Source of the DNA: Escherichia coli
GTDB taxonomy: Bacteria; Pseudomonadota; Gammaproteobacteria; Enterobacterales; Enterobacteriaceae
NCBI RefSeq assembly: GCF_024700885.2
Contig: NZ_CP117016.1
Strand: one strand, 5' to 3'
DNA: 64,000 nucleotides
Shown: positions 1 to 9,814 of the stretch, piece after piece
Position numbering within the stretch: position 1 is the stretch's first letter
How the letters are laid out: each line of letters starts with the position of its first letter
Position numbers and translations under genes: made by a program
Notes under the pieces: model-generated
Databases searched by the model: none
What the model saw: only the letters and a program-made list of their open reading frames with translations
Told to the model about the DNA's origin: nothing

Positions 1-1281
1 CTCCGTCAACTGTGCGGCAAGGTACTGGCGGTGAAACTGATCGCGGGGATCGCCTTCGGGTAGCATGTCCAGATATCGCAGCGCCGCCTCCAGACCCTGC
101 CCAGCAAAACAGGCTCTGGCTGCCTGCGATTCCTCACCGATTTGCGCAACCGGTGCAACTTTGCCGTCGGGCGAAGCTGCCAGCCATTGTTTCGTCTGCT
201 CACTGAGAAACGGTGTGCGGTCATTAAACAGCAGCCCGGTAAGCTGGGGCAGACGCTCAAGGAAGCGGATGACCTCATCGCGGATGGTGTCTGCCACCTG
301 TTTGTAACCCAGACGCAGTGCCGTCTGTGCAGAAAGACAGTGACCGTCCAGCCAGTAAGGAGCCAGCAATACGCTTTTCTCAACCTGCTGCCACAGCGCC
401 ATATCCGCGCTGGCAAGCCGGGACTGGTAATCCGCCACCATATCGGCAGAGACCGCAGCCAATGGGGTACGTCCATCGCTTTCCGCCTGGGGTGTACTGG
501 TGATGGATTGCCACAGGGCATGGCGGCGCAGGCGATAGCCCTGCGGCGAGTCCGGCTGGCGTTCACATAAAATAGCCGCCACTTTTAACAGCGTGTCGCG
601 CCAGGCTTTGTCGTCGTGACTGTCGATGGCGATTTGGGGAGCCGGAGCACTGGGTTGCGTCACGCCGCTTTCAGACGTGGCGGTGGTCTGTCGTGAACTA
701 TCGGAGGCCGCCGGAGTGGGGGCAGGAGCCGGTGCCGCACGATTAAACGCACGCTGGTACAGGGCAAAAAGATCATCGGTAGCCAGTGCCAGTTCCGGGG
801 CGTTATGTGACTGCCAGCACTGCGCCAGTTTCGCCAGTTCCCCTGACAGCGCGTCGCGCTGCGCTGTGGCGGCGTTCTGTGAAAAGCCTTCAATACCTGT
901 TTCGAAGCGTTTAATGACCTGGCTGGCAAAGCGTTTTTTATGTGCCATATTCTGCGGCGCAGCCACCGACCAGTAATGCTCCACATACAGCGCCAGCAGG
1001 CGCAATGCGAGATGAGGATCACCGGCGTGTTGCAGGGTTCTCAGCAGATGCGCCAGCAGACGAAAGTCCTTACTCTCCGAAGCCAGAATGACCAGCCCCC
1101 GGCGCTGGAGTTCCGGGATATCCAGTTGACTGTGGGCCAGAGATCCCAGTTTGACGATTTCGCCGTCGATATACTCCCAGTCCGGGTTGTCATCTTTCAG
1201 CGCCGATGCCAGTTTTTCTTCCGGCAGGTTTTCCAGCAGGTGCGTTATCCAGACATTCGGATCGCGTAAGTCCATTGCCAT
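1..1281 (-). CDS. tssA: T6SS TssA-like protein (ImpA N-terminal family); gene continues beyond window start
   Basis: Minus-strand ATG at 1281-1279; hand translation MAMDLRDPNVWITHLLENLPEEK... stays open to position 1 and contains SKDFRLLAHLL, resembling the ImpA_N signature. Absent from the ORF track because it runs off the edge. Lies directly upstream of the next T6SS gene. Confidence 0.5.
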   Translation of the reverse strand, partial: MAMDLRDPNVWITHLLENLPEEKLASALKDDNPDWEYIDGEIVKLGSLAHSQLDIPELQRRGLVILASESKDFRLLAHLLRTLQHAGDPHLALRLLALYVEHYWSVAAPQNMAHKKRFASQVIKRFETGIEGFSQNAATAQRDALSGELAKLAQCWQSHNAPELALATDDLFALYQRAFNRAAPAPAPTPAASDSSRQTTATSESGVTQPSAPAPQIAIDSHDDKAWRDTLLKVAAILCERQPDSPQGYRLRRHALWQSITSTPQAESDGRTPLAAVSADMVADYQSRLASADMALWQQVEKSVLLAPYWLDGHCLSAQTALRLGYKQVADTIRDEVIRFLERLPQLTGLLFNDRTPFLSEQTKQWLAASPDGKVAPVAQIGEESQAARACFAGQGLEAALRYLDMLPEGDPRDQFHRQYLAAQLTE

Positions 1282-1285
1282 ATTT

Positions 1286-2029
1286 TTATTCTCCCGCCCA
1301 GTGGCAGGCAACGCGCAGGGGGGCAATCGCCCTTGCCAGCCCGTCAATGTTAAAGGTCAGCTTTCCTGCGGCGTTATCTGCGCCGGTATCCACTGTCAGC
1401 GTTTTTGCGCCGAACAGTTGCTTAATTTCATCAATCCCGGACAGCCCCCGGCTGGACTCCAGCAGGGTGCCGTTCTCGCGCACAAACCAGTGGCTACGCA
1501 ATGCCCGGCTGTCGGCATTCAGAGTGACGGCGATATCATGGACATCCAGAGGGTGCATCAGCGCCACCTGCATCCGGGTGATATTGTCCACGCAACTGAA
1601 CATCAGCACCGGGCGCGGCGGAACATGGCCGATAGCCGGGGTGGTTATCACCACCGTCGGGCGCTCCCCCGGCACCTGCGTCACCAGCAGTTCTGTGGTG
1701 TTGCCCTCGCGGCGTTTTTCCTGCTCTGTGGCGCGGGTCCAGGCCTCGCCCACAAAACCGGCTTTGACCAGCGCCCCGTCAAACCCTGACGGGGACAGCG
1801 GTGCCAGCAGGCGGTCATAGCAGTCAAGCCGCTCCAGCGCCGCGGACTCCCGCCGACAGGACTGCATGGCCTGTGACGTGGCTGTCGCATCCGGCGGGGG
1901 CGTGGTGGCGACGGCGACCGCCACACCGGCCATTGACGATGTTTCTGCGGGCGCGGCAGTGGCGGGTAAGCCCGTCATCAGGCCCGCGATAAACCATCCT
2001 GTCTGCCGGAAAACGCGCAACCTGCTCAT
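1286..2029 (-). CDS. T6SS-associated exported protein, possibly VasI/TagO-like; function unknown
   Basis: 247-aa ORF with hydrophobic N-terminus (WFIAGLMTGLPATAAPA), placed between tssA-like and clpV with 3-5 bp spacing. Confidence 0.4.
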   Translation of the reverse strand: MSRLRVFRQTGWFIAGLMTGLPATAAPAETSSMAGVAVAVATTPPPDATATSQAMQSCRRESAALERLDCYDRLLAPLSPSGFDGALVKAGFVGEAWTRATEQEKRREGNTTELLVTQVPGERPTVVITTPAIGHVPPRPVLMFSCVDNITRMQVALMHPLDVHDIAVTLNADSRALRSHWFVRENGTLLESSRGLSGIDEIKQLFGAKTLTVDTGADNAAGKLTFNIDGLARAIAPLRVACHWAGE

Positions 2030-4791
2030 AAAACCGTTTCATCCTTTGTGACGGACTCGTCGTTCTGAGCATCTTCCACGTCTGCCGTAAATGCGTCGTC
2101 CACCGCCGACAACCGAATCCGGGCAATCGCCGTGTTAGCCGCCATTTTCTGCAACAGCAGCAGCGAGAGCGGCGGTAGCATGTCGCCATCGATGACCGAT
2201 TCCAGCATCCTCGCGCCGTTTTCCGCGCGGGTGACGCGGCTCATGATTTCGTCCGTCACTTCCGGTTCAATGACCACTTCTGCACCAAAGCGACTGCGCA
2301 GCACGTTATCCAGACGGGCCAGTTTTCCGGCGATAATGGTGGCGAGCGTCTCTTTCGACAGCGGCAGATACGGCACCACTTCCATACGCGCCAGCAGGGC
2401 AGGTTTGAAGAAGTCGGCCAGCACCGGATACAGTTCTTCCTGCATGGTTTCCGGGTCATCGGCGTGCTCGACTATTACCTGGTAGCCGAGGTTGGACGTC
2501 AGGAAGAAGACGATATTTTTGCAGTCAATCAGGCGGCCTTCACCGTCTGCCATTTCGCCCTTATCGAACGACTGGTAGAACAGGTTGAGCACATCCGGGG
2601 GCGCTTTTTCCACTTCATCGAGCAGTACTACCGAGTAGGGTTTCTGGCGAATCGCTTCGGTCAGTACGCCGCCTTCACCGTAGCCAACGTAGCCCGGAGG
2701 CGAACCAATCAGCCGCGAGACGGTGTGTTTCTCCTGGAATTCGGACATATTGATGGTGGTCAGGTACTGGCGACCGCCGTAGAGCAGCTCTGCCAGTTGC
2801 AGGACGGTTTCGGTTTTACCCACACCGCTGGGGCCAGCCAGCAGGAACGCACCGAGCGGGCGTCCCGGAAGACGCAGGTCGGCGCGTGCGGTCAGTAGAT
2901 GCTTATGCAGGCTGGCAATCGCCAGGTCTTGGCCTTTGATGGTGTCGCCCAGCCATTTCGGCAGGTCGGTGATGACCGACATTTCATTCTGCGACAGGCG
3001 GTTGAGCGGCACGCCGGTCCATTCGGCAATCACCGCCGCAATCTGTTTTTTATCGACGTGCGGGGAGACCAGCAACCGGTCGTTATGCAGGGCGTCCAGT
3101 TCGGCAGTGAGCTGGGCCAGCCGCTGTACCGGGGAAACTGTTTCAGCGGTCTCTTCCGGCTGTTCTCTGTCGGCCTCATCAGCCGGTACGGCACCGGTAT
3201 TATCCTGTTCTGACTCTGACTCTGGCGGCGTATCCTCCGCGGCATCTGCGTCCGGCAACGACGCCGCATCGTCTTCTGCCACGCCCAGCAACTGCTGGCG
3301 CAGCGCGATAATCTCCCGGACCAGCGCCTGCTGCTGATGCCAGGCCGCTTCCAGTTCATCCAGCGCCGTCAGCGTTTCATCGTACTGCACCAGCACCTCG
3401 GTCATCCGTGAGGTGTTGGTACGCAGCCCGATGCGAAGCTCGCGCTCAAGCTGGCGAATTTCCGCCTCCTGCTGGTGGCTCAGAGTGGTCAGCGCCGAGA
3501 TTTGCTTCGGCGGCGAGGAAAGGTTAATGGCGACGCGGGCGCAGGCGGTATCCAGCACATCAATGGCTTTGTCCGGCAACTGACGCCCGGAGAGATAACG
3601 TTCGCTCAGCGTTGCTGCGGCCTGCAAGGCGTCATCATCAATCAGCACGCCGTGAGACTGTTCATAGACCGCCGACAGACCACGCAGAATAATGGTGGCT
3701 TCGGCGGCGTTGGGTTCGCTGACCTTCACCAGCTGGAAGCGGCGCGACAGGGCGGCATCTTTCTCGAAGTATTTTTTGTATTCGCTCCAGGTGGTGGCGG
3801 CGATGGTTTTCAGTTCGCCGCGCGCCAGCGCCGGTTTGAGCAGGTTGGAGATATCCAGCCCGCCCTGCTGGTTGCCCGCGCCAATCAGGGTATGTGCTTC
3901 GTCAATAAACAGAATGACCGGCACCGGAGAGGAAATGACCTCCGCCATCAGCCCCTTGAAGCGTTTTTCGAATTCGCCCTTCACCGACGCCCCGGCCTGC
4001 AATGCGCCTAGGTCAAGGGTCATGATATCGGTGTTTTTCAGTTTGTCCGGCACCTGGCCTGCCACGATGCGCAGCGCCAGCCCTTCGATTAAGGCACTTT
4101 TACCCACGCCTGCTTCGCCCACCACCACCGGGTTGTTCTTGCGGCGGCGGCAGAGAATGTCGATCATCAGGTCGATTTCGTGGTCGCGGCACAGTACCGG
4201 GTCAAGCCTGCCGTTACGGGCGTCTGCGGTCATGTTTTTGGCGTAGCGGGCAAGCAGGGTGTCAGCAGCGTCCGTCAGTGTGCCTGCGACTTTACCGTCT
4301 GCATCCGGCACGACTGATTCCGCCGACTCCTGTGTCCACTGTACAAAGTCCTGTTGCAGACGGTCACGGTTAATGCCGGTCAACAACCGGGCGGCAGCAG
4401 GCGGTATATAACGCAGCGGCGAATGCAGCAGGGCCAGCAGCAACACGCCGCCACGCAATTCGCTGTGCTGCATCTCAGCCGACGCCAGCAGCCAGCCCTC
4501 TTTCAGCCACTCAACCAGCATCGGGGAAAATGCCGGGTAGCTGTCCGCAGAACGGGCAGTTGTGTAGTTCTCCACCGTCAGCGCCTGGCGCAACTCTTCC
4601 ATGCCAATATCGCCCTGGCGGGTAATAACCCGCAGGTCGCTGCGTGGCATGGCGAGCATCTGAATAAGCACATGGCTGACGGTAATTTCCGCTGCCTGCT
4701 GGCTCATACATTCAGAGGCGGCCATCTCCAGCGCCTGGCGGGAGAACAGGTTAAGCCGTTTTACCAGCGTGGGAAGATCAATCTGGATCAT
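2026..4791 (-). CDS. clpV: T6SS AAA+ ATPase ClpV/TssH
   Basis: ClpB-like protein with two AAA+ modules (VVGEAGVGKSALIEGLALRI; LLAGPSGVGKTETVLQLAELLYGG). ORF track gives 2026..4905; the likely start is the internal Met (MIQIDLPTLVKRLN) at 4791, 8 nt downstream of the tssL stop. Confidence 0.9.
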   Translation of the reverse strand: MIQIDLPTLVKRLNLFSRQALEMAASECMSQQAAEITVSHVLIQMLAMPRSDLRVITRQGDIGMEELRQALTVENYTTARSADSYPAFSPMLVEWLKEGWLLASAEMQHSELRGGVLLLALLHSPLRYIPPAAARLLTGINRDRLQQDFVQWTQESAESVVPDADGKVAGTLTDAADTLLARYAKNMTADARNGRLDPVLCRDHEIDLMIDILCRRRKNNPVVVGEAGVGKSALIEGLALRIVAGQVPDKLKNTDIMTLDLGALQAGASVKGEFEKRFKGLMAEVISSPVPVILFIDEAHTLIGAGNQQGGLDISNLLKPALARGELKTIAATTWSEYKKYFEKDAALSRRFQLVKVSEPNAAEATIILRGLSAVYEQSHGVLIDDDALQAAATLSERYLSGRQLPDKAIDVLDTACARVAINLSSPPKQISALTTLSHQQEAEIRQLERELRIGLRTNTSRMTEVLVQYDETLTALDELEAAWHQQQALVREIIALRQQLLGVAEDDAASLPDADAAEDTPPESESEQDNTGAVPADEADREQPEETAETVSPVQRLAQLTAELDALHNDRLLVSPHVDKKQIAAVIAEWTGVPLNRLSQNEMSVITDLPKWLGDTIKGQDLAIASLHKHLLTARADLRLPGRPLGAFLLAGPSGVGKTETVLQLAELLYGGRQYLTTINMSEFQEKHTVSRLIGSPPGYVGYGEGGVLTEAIRQKPYSVVLLDEVEKAPPDVLNLFYQSFDKGEMADGEGRLIDCKNIVFFLTSNLGYQVIVEHADDPETMQEELYPVLADFFKPALLARMEVVPYLPLSKETLATIIAGKLARLDNVLRSRFGAEVVIEPEVTDEIMSRVTRAENGARMLESVIDGDMLPPLSLLLLQKMAANTAIARIRLSAVDDAFTADVEDAQNDESVTKDETVL

Positions 4792-4799
4792 AAACGTCC

Positions 4800-5561
4800 T
4801 TATCGAAGTAATTTGTTTAGCTGGTGCAGGATGTCCTGCGTCTGGCTGTCCAACCGCAACAGATAGAACAGGTAAAACAACGCCAGCACGACAACGCCAC
4901 CACAAAAAATATGTTTAATGGTCAGGCGACTGATGAGCTGATAACGCCCGCCCTGGGTTTTTTTGTCCTGGTGTAACAGCGGGAAAGGGGCATCGCCGCG
5001 TAGTTTATGCAGGACGTGGTACAGGCGGCGGTAGATCTGCTCAAATTCCCCCTGATCCTGTGCTGCCACTTTGTAGCGCCCGCGAAATCCCAGAGAAAAA
5101 CAGAGCCAGAGAAATTCCAGCAGATCCTGGTAACGTTTGGGTTCACGGATCAGGCGCTCCAGCAGGATGAAAACTTTCTCTCCACCCCAGGCTTCGTTGT
5201 GGAAATGGACCAGCAATGACTGCTTGATCCACTCGTTCTTGTTCGACCAGCCGTTACCGAGCGCCGCTTCATCAATAAACGTGCAGAGGATGTAGCGAAA
5301 CGAGATAATCACGCCCGGTTCGTAGCCCTGCTCCTGAAGCAGTTGCTCCACGGCCTGAACATCCGTCACCACCTGAGCAAAAAGATGCTCCGGCATCGTC
5401 TGACTGTTCATGGTTGAAAGGCGCATCACCATACCGAGGAGCGGCGTGGCTGCGTCGATCATCGGATTCAGGCTGTTGCCACGAAGCGCGAGATGATAGT
5501 CGCGCTGGCTTTTTTCGTGGTGTCCGGTAAATGGTGGCAGAGACAGTGACCCCTCATCCAT
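4800..5561 (-). CDS. tssL: T6SS membrane-complex protein TssL (DotU family)
   Basis: 253 aa, cytoplasmic DotU-like domain with a single C-terminal hydrophobic helix (GGVVVLALFYLFYLL); operon context. Confidence 0.8.
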   Translation of the reverse strand: MDEGSLSLPPFTGHHEKSQRDYHLALRGNSLNPMIDAATPLLGMVMRLSTMNSQTMPEHLFAQVVTDVQAVEQLLQEQGYEPGVIISFRYILCTFIDEAALGNGWSNKNEWIKQSLLVHFHNEAWGGEKVFILLERLIREPKRYQDLLEFLWLCFSLGFRGRYKVAAQDQGEFEQIYRRLYHVLHKLRGDAPFPLLHQDKKTQGGRYQLISRLTIKHIFCGGVVVLALFYLFYLLRLDSQTQDILHQLNKLLR

Positions 5562-5565
5562 CGTC

Positions 5566-6897
5566 TTACCCTCTTATCGCCCACAGTTGCATGTTCAGAT
5601 CCGGGAAACTGCCGGATACATGCAGTGCAACGGCCCCGGCGGCAGCCATTTCTGTCCAGGCCTGGCCGCTCTTGTCGAGTTCGAAATAGCTGAACCCGGA
5701 ATGGTAAGGAAGCTGGCGGGGAGCCACCATCAGGGCACGCAATGGAATGCCGGGTATCTGCACACTGACCATATTGCGGATTTTTTCCGGCGAGGAAATT
5801 TTCGACTGCTGGATAAACTGGCGCTGGATCTGATCGACCGGCATGTTTGCCGCCACGGCCAGCACAAAGGTGGCAGATTGCAGCAGTTCTGTGTCATGGA
5901 TATCGGCCTGCCAGATACCGTCACGCAGATGCAGCGGCAGATTAACGGCTCTTGGCGACAGTACGGTATGCAGCGCCCGTTTGACTTCCGGTAACAGCGT
6001 TTTAAATGTTTTGGTCAGGTCATGATGATCATACACATCAAGCGGGCAGGGCAGGCGCGACGGCTCGGTAAAGGTCATCAGTTCACCCAGCAACCCGGCA
6101 AGATCAAGGTAGAAATCTTCCGGGTGGAGCTGGGATCGACGAGCGCGATGGGTAAACCGGGTCTGGTTACGGTTAAGTAACTGCAACATCATAAATTCCG
6201 CCACATCCGCGATGCCGCTCTGCGCCGGAGAGCCAATGCGGTTTGCCAGATCGCTTGCCCGTCCGCCAATGGCCCCCTGTACCTCTTTGAGATAAACACG
6301 CAGTTTCTTACTGACCTGAATATTCTGGCAGGAGGGGATAAAATCGTCATCCAGCGTCAGGGAGCCGTCGGCATGGCGATCGCTGATACGGCAAAGCGGG
6401 AGCGTAATATAGGCGCTCATATCTTCTGCACCGCTCATAATGCGCGGCGTCAGTTGACCCAGCGTCAGTGTTCGCGCGTCACCTTCTTCTGAATGCAGAT
6501 CCCGGACATCGGCATAATTCAGCCGGTAACGCCCGATTCGCCGCCCGTCGCTGATTTCATTTCTCACATCACTGGCGACCGGCAGAGCGAGGTAAATATT
6601 GCGGCTTCTTTCGTCCGGAAAATGTTGCGGGTGCAGCGGATCGGGCAGTGCGTCCTGGTCGGGGATAGAAAAGACGGTGCCGTCGGGCAGTGTGCCTGAC
6701 GCGCTGTCAATCATGATCTTACCCTGCGCCAGCAGTTCATTGTTGAGGGTGAGTTCGGTAAATCCCCAGGATAAATCATTCATGGCCCGGAAACGCTGGT
6801 TATCCAGGTAGTCGTTGTAACGCTGCTGTTGCTGGAAGTGGTGTGGGCGCATCAGCATCCCTTCCTGCCACATCACCTTGTTGCGGGTGGTTGCCAT
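5566..6897 (-). CDS. tssK: T6SS baseplate protein TssK
   Basis: 443 aa; N-terminus MATTRNKVMWQEGMLMRPHHFQQQQRY typical of TssK; operon context. Confidence 0.85.
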   Translation of the reverse strand: MATTRNKVMWQEGMLMRPHHFQQQQRYNDYLDNQRFRAMNDLSWGFTELTLNNELLAQGKIMIDSASGTLPDGTVFSIPDQDALPDPLHPQHFPDERSRNIYLALPVASDVRNEISDGRRIGRYRLNYADVRDLHSEEGDARTLTLGQLTPRIMSGAEDMSAYITLPLCRISDRHADGSLTLDDDFIPSCQNIQVSKKLRVYLKEVQGAIGGRASDLANRIGSPAQSGIADVAEFMMLQLLNRNQTRFTHRARRSQLHPEDFYLDLAGLLGELMTFTEPSRLPCPLDVYDHHDLTKTFKTLLPEVKRALHTVLSPRAVNLPLHLRDGIWQADIHDTELLQSATFVLAVAANMPVDQIQRQFIQQSKISSPEKIRNMVSVQIPGIPLRALMVAPRQLPYHSGFSYFELDKSGQAWTEMAAAGAVALHVSGSFPDLNMQLWAIRG

Positions 6898-6899
6898 AA

Positions 6900-7424
6900 T
6901 TATTCATCCTCTTTTTTCATTTCGATGCTGCTTTGACGTACATGCACCAGCAGGCGGTAATGGTGGCCGGTTCCTTCCACCGTCTCGATTTGTTTCCATT
7001 CAGTGGCCTGGTCATCGGAGAAATAGGCCACGACACCAATAAACTGCGTTTTCTCATCCAGCTTTACCGGCGGCAGGGTTTTGATGGTGTCCGGCAACAG
7101 GTTGAAATCCTGGTGGTCGATATAGTTTTTACCCAGCACATCCGGTAGCGGCGTACTGGCTATCTGGTCATAGTCGGCTGCCAGCAATTTTGAGTCGTCA
7201 GTCAGGTACACCAGTTGCACATCCACGGCGGCTGATTCACCCTCCGCATTGGTATTGGTGTCCGGTTCGGTCAGCAGGGTGACGGTTATTTCCGAAGGTT
7301 GCTCCTTCAGGCTCCCGACCTGGATATCCGGGTTTTTGATCACCTCGCTGATTTTTTTCGCCGTTTCGCAGCCGGTTAATATGACGCACATCAGCACGCA
7401 GGCCAGAAACGCCTTCCTGTTCAT
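6900..7424 (-). CDS. tssJ: T6SS outer-membrane lipoprotein TssJ
   Basis: 174 aa; signal peptide with lipobox (CVILTGCETAKK); small size and position match TssJ. Confidence 0.75.
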   Translation of the reverse strand: MNRKAFLACVLMCVILTGCETAKKISEVIKNPDIQVGSLKEQPSEITVTLLTEPDTNTNAEGESAAVDVQLVYLTDDSKLLAADYDQIASTPLPDVLGKNYIDHQDFNLLPDTIKTLPPVKLDEKTQFIGVVAYFSDDQATEWKQIETVEGTGHHYRLLVHVRQSSIEMKKEDE

Positions 7425-8722
7425 GCTTCCGGCTCCCGCTGTTTTTCACGAAGCACCCGGTCATAGACCTGGGCGTAGACCTCGTTAAACAGCATCTCAA
7501 ACCCCTGCTGGCGATCGGAGGCCAGTTCTTCGTAATAATGGCTGTACATTTGCCATGCTCCGGCATCATCCAGCGGCTGGCGCAGTTCATGGCTGCGGCG
7601 GTACTGCACAAAGCGGCGCAGCAGATTTTGTGGTGAGAAAGCATCCAGCAGGACACGAAGCGACTCCACAATCGCTGCCCGGTTAGCTTCTTCGTGGTGG
7701 CGGACATTGCGCAGGCTTTCACTGACAGCGGCGGGAGCCGCCAGATGTACCGGACTTTTACCTTCGGCAAACATCACGTCGAGCGCGGTGGCGTAATCCA
7801 TGTTCAGGCGCAGCGGGTTATCTTCCAGCGGGCGCAAATGTTTGTCTGAGAGGCTGTTACGCTGTTGCTGCAAATCGAGCAGACCTTTTATTGCGGCCTG
7901 TAACGTGCGTCCGGCCTCTTCCAGAAAATCATCCGCATCGTCGGAATTGCTCACGGTAAGCGAACCGCCGAGACCGCGCAGTAAGGGGGTGACCGCAAGG
8001 TGGCGTTGCGCCATTTCTGCCACAGAGACGTCATCATTACGATCGCCGGGGCTGGCATAAATGGGCGGCAGATTCATAAACGGCGTATTGATCCCCCCAT
8101 TACTTGCCGGATCGGACAGCGGTGCCGATGGCCGGACAGCCGCAATGCCTGAAAGCGGATCGCCCGTGGTAATCAGGCTTTCGGACTGAAGTGCCTGGAG
8201 TGGATCGGCAGAAAAACCGTTTACCACGGTGTCTGCAAGCTGATGCCGGTGAGTCATTCCCGGATAGTGTGGCGCACCCTCCGTTGACAGCAGGGTATCC
8301 GTGAGCATATCGCGATTGGTGACGATGGTTTCGGGAGTGGCCATTTCCTCATCGTAATGGGGGATATCTCCCCGGTTCAGATGAACCCTCACCATCAGAC
8401 GCCCTATCTGGATCTCATCGCCCTGGCGCAGCTGTATCAGGTCTGATGTTGCTGTGACTTTTGCCTGGTTCAGCCACAGTTGTGCCGTCTGCGGGCGCAG
8501 ACAAAATGTGCCATCGTGCAGGATAACGGTAAAAGCCTGAGCCGGAATGCTCTGCTGACGATCCTGTACCGACCAGTGGCATTCGGGGCCATGGCCGACA
8601 TTTCCCTGCTGTGTGAACAGACAGCGCGCCGCCCGCCCGCTTTCCAGCTCACTGCCGTTAATGACCTGCAATGAAAGCGTCTGTAGTTTCTCTTCCGGCA
8701 TATTCTGCTCCGTGATTATCAT
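7421..8722 (-). CDS. tagH: FHA-domain T6SS accessory protein TagH (Fha)
   Basis: 433 aa; N-terminal FHA-like region (IQLRQGDEIQIGRLMVRVHLN); sits between tssG and tssJ. Confidence 0.7.
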   Translation of the reverse strand: MIITEQNMPEEKLQTLSLQVINGSELESGRAARCLFTQQGNVGHGPECHWSVQDRQQSIPAQAFTVILHDGTFCLRPQTAQLWLNQAKVTATSDLIQLRQGDEIQIGRLMVRVHLNRGDIPHYDEEMATPETIVTNRDMLTDTLLSTEGAPHYPGMTHRHQLADTVVNGFSADPLQALQSESLITTGDPLSGIAAVRPSAPLSDPASNGGINTPFMNLPPIYASPGDRNDDVSVAEMAQRHLAVTPLLRGLGGSLTVSNSDDADDFLEEAGRTLQAAIKGLLDLQQQRNSLSDKHLRPLEDNPLRLNMDYATALDVMFAEGKSPVHLAAPAAVSESLRNVRHHEEANRAAIVESLRVLLDAFSPQNLLRRFVQYRRSHELRQPLDDAGAWQMYSHYYEELASDRQQGFEMLFNEVYAQVYDRVLREKQREPEA

Positions 8723-8725
8723 AAT

Positions 8726-9814
8726 TTACGACCGTACCCTGATGGTGACTGAGGGTCGTTCTTCCGGTGTGCCGAGGAAGCTGGTCCAGCCCAGCAGCGC
8801 ACTTTTGTTATCGCCCAGGCGCATTGCGCCCACCTGCTCCGGCGCCAGCCCCAGATGTAAGTCCCAGGCAAGCTGATCGCGCAGGATGAAGGACACAAAC
8901 ATCGTCAGTGGCAGGAAGTTTTCGCCGGACGGCAGAAAAGAGAGGAACTGTTTTCGGGTCAGGCTGGTAATACTGAGCTGGAATTTTCCGCTGAGATCGG
9001 GCACCCGTGTACCCAGAACAAAGTTGGCCAGTACCGATCTTCCTGCCAGTTTTTCGCCATTTTTAAGTGAATAGCTCCCCAGGCTATTTTGCTGATCCGG
9101 TTCAATATCCACCTTGCGACGTTGCCAGTTTTGCAGCATCACGTCTGACAAATCAAAGCAGTGGGACACCAGACCGCAGATGATTTCCGGGGATCGTCCC
9201 GGATTTGCCAGGATCCCGGAATACGCCAGCATTTTGCTGTGATTAATCGCCAGCTTATCGCGAAGGTGGCGGTGGCCCAGCCCGACAAGGGAGTACATGC
9301 GCTGCGAGAACGCATCCACACCGCCGTTACGAAAACTGATGTGATAGCGGTACTTACGCCAGATATGCCAGACAAACTGGGTCAGGCGGTGGCTGAACAT
9401 ATCCAGAAAATCACCTACCGGACTTTGTTCATGTACCGCTTTCCAGGCCAGGTGATCGAGGTAATAACCGGGGAGAGGCGACTGGCTCCCCTGTAACCCC
9501 ATAAAGGTGGTGGTCATCCTGAATGACCCTGACGTATCCCGTTTCAGCGCACTGATATCACTCAGGGGAAACGCAAGGCTGGCATCGGCGCTGAAACGCA
9601 GGGTTTCCTGTGCCGGATCGTCGCGCAGGGATAATTCCAGCGTCCCCTTTTCACCCTGTGCCAGGCGGTGCAACAGCTCCGCCATGGCAAAAAAATTGTA
9701 AGAGCAGGCGTTATGAAAAACCTGTGCCAGCGGATCATTCTGCTCTTTATCTGCCGGGGGATTTCCCGGACTCAGATAAGAGGATGCTGCCCGGTTCTTT
9801 CCGTCCATTTCCAT
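8726..9814 (-). CDS. tssG: T6SS baseplate protein TssG
   Basis: 362-aa ORF immediately after tssF; its 5' end overlaps the tssF 3' end, so the true start may be an internal Met. Confidence 0.75.
   Translation of the reverse strand: MEMDGKNRAASSYLSPGNPPADKEQNDPLAQVFHNACSYNFFAMAELLHRLAQGEKGTLELSLRDDPAQETLRFSADASLAFPLSDISALKRDTSGSFRMTTTFMGLQGSQSPLPGYYLDHLAWKAVHEQSPVGDFLDMFSHRLTQFVWHIWRKYRYHISFRNGGVDAFSQRMYSLVGLGHRHLRDKLAINHSKMLAYSGILANPGRSPEIICGLVSHCFDLSDVMLQNWQRRKVDIEPDQQNSLGSYSLKNGEKLAGRSVLANFVLGTRVPDLSGKFQLSITSLTRKQFLSFLPSGENFLPLTMFVSFILRDQLAWDLHLGLAPEQVGAMRLGDNKSALLGWTSFLGTPEERPSVTIRVRS

Noticed and set aside
6-570. Track ORFs 6..566 (-), 12..206 (+), 65..307 (+), 142..570 (+) at the window start
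   Set aside because: They are alternative frames of the region encoding the TssA-like gene, which is in the third minus-strand frame and is missing from the track only because it runs off the window edge.
2132-4866. Several plus-strand ORFs of 100-180 aa inside clpV (2132..2485, 2464..2898, 3475..4011, 3692..4246, 4354..4866)
   Set aside because: All antisense to the ClpV gene.
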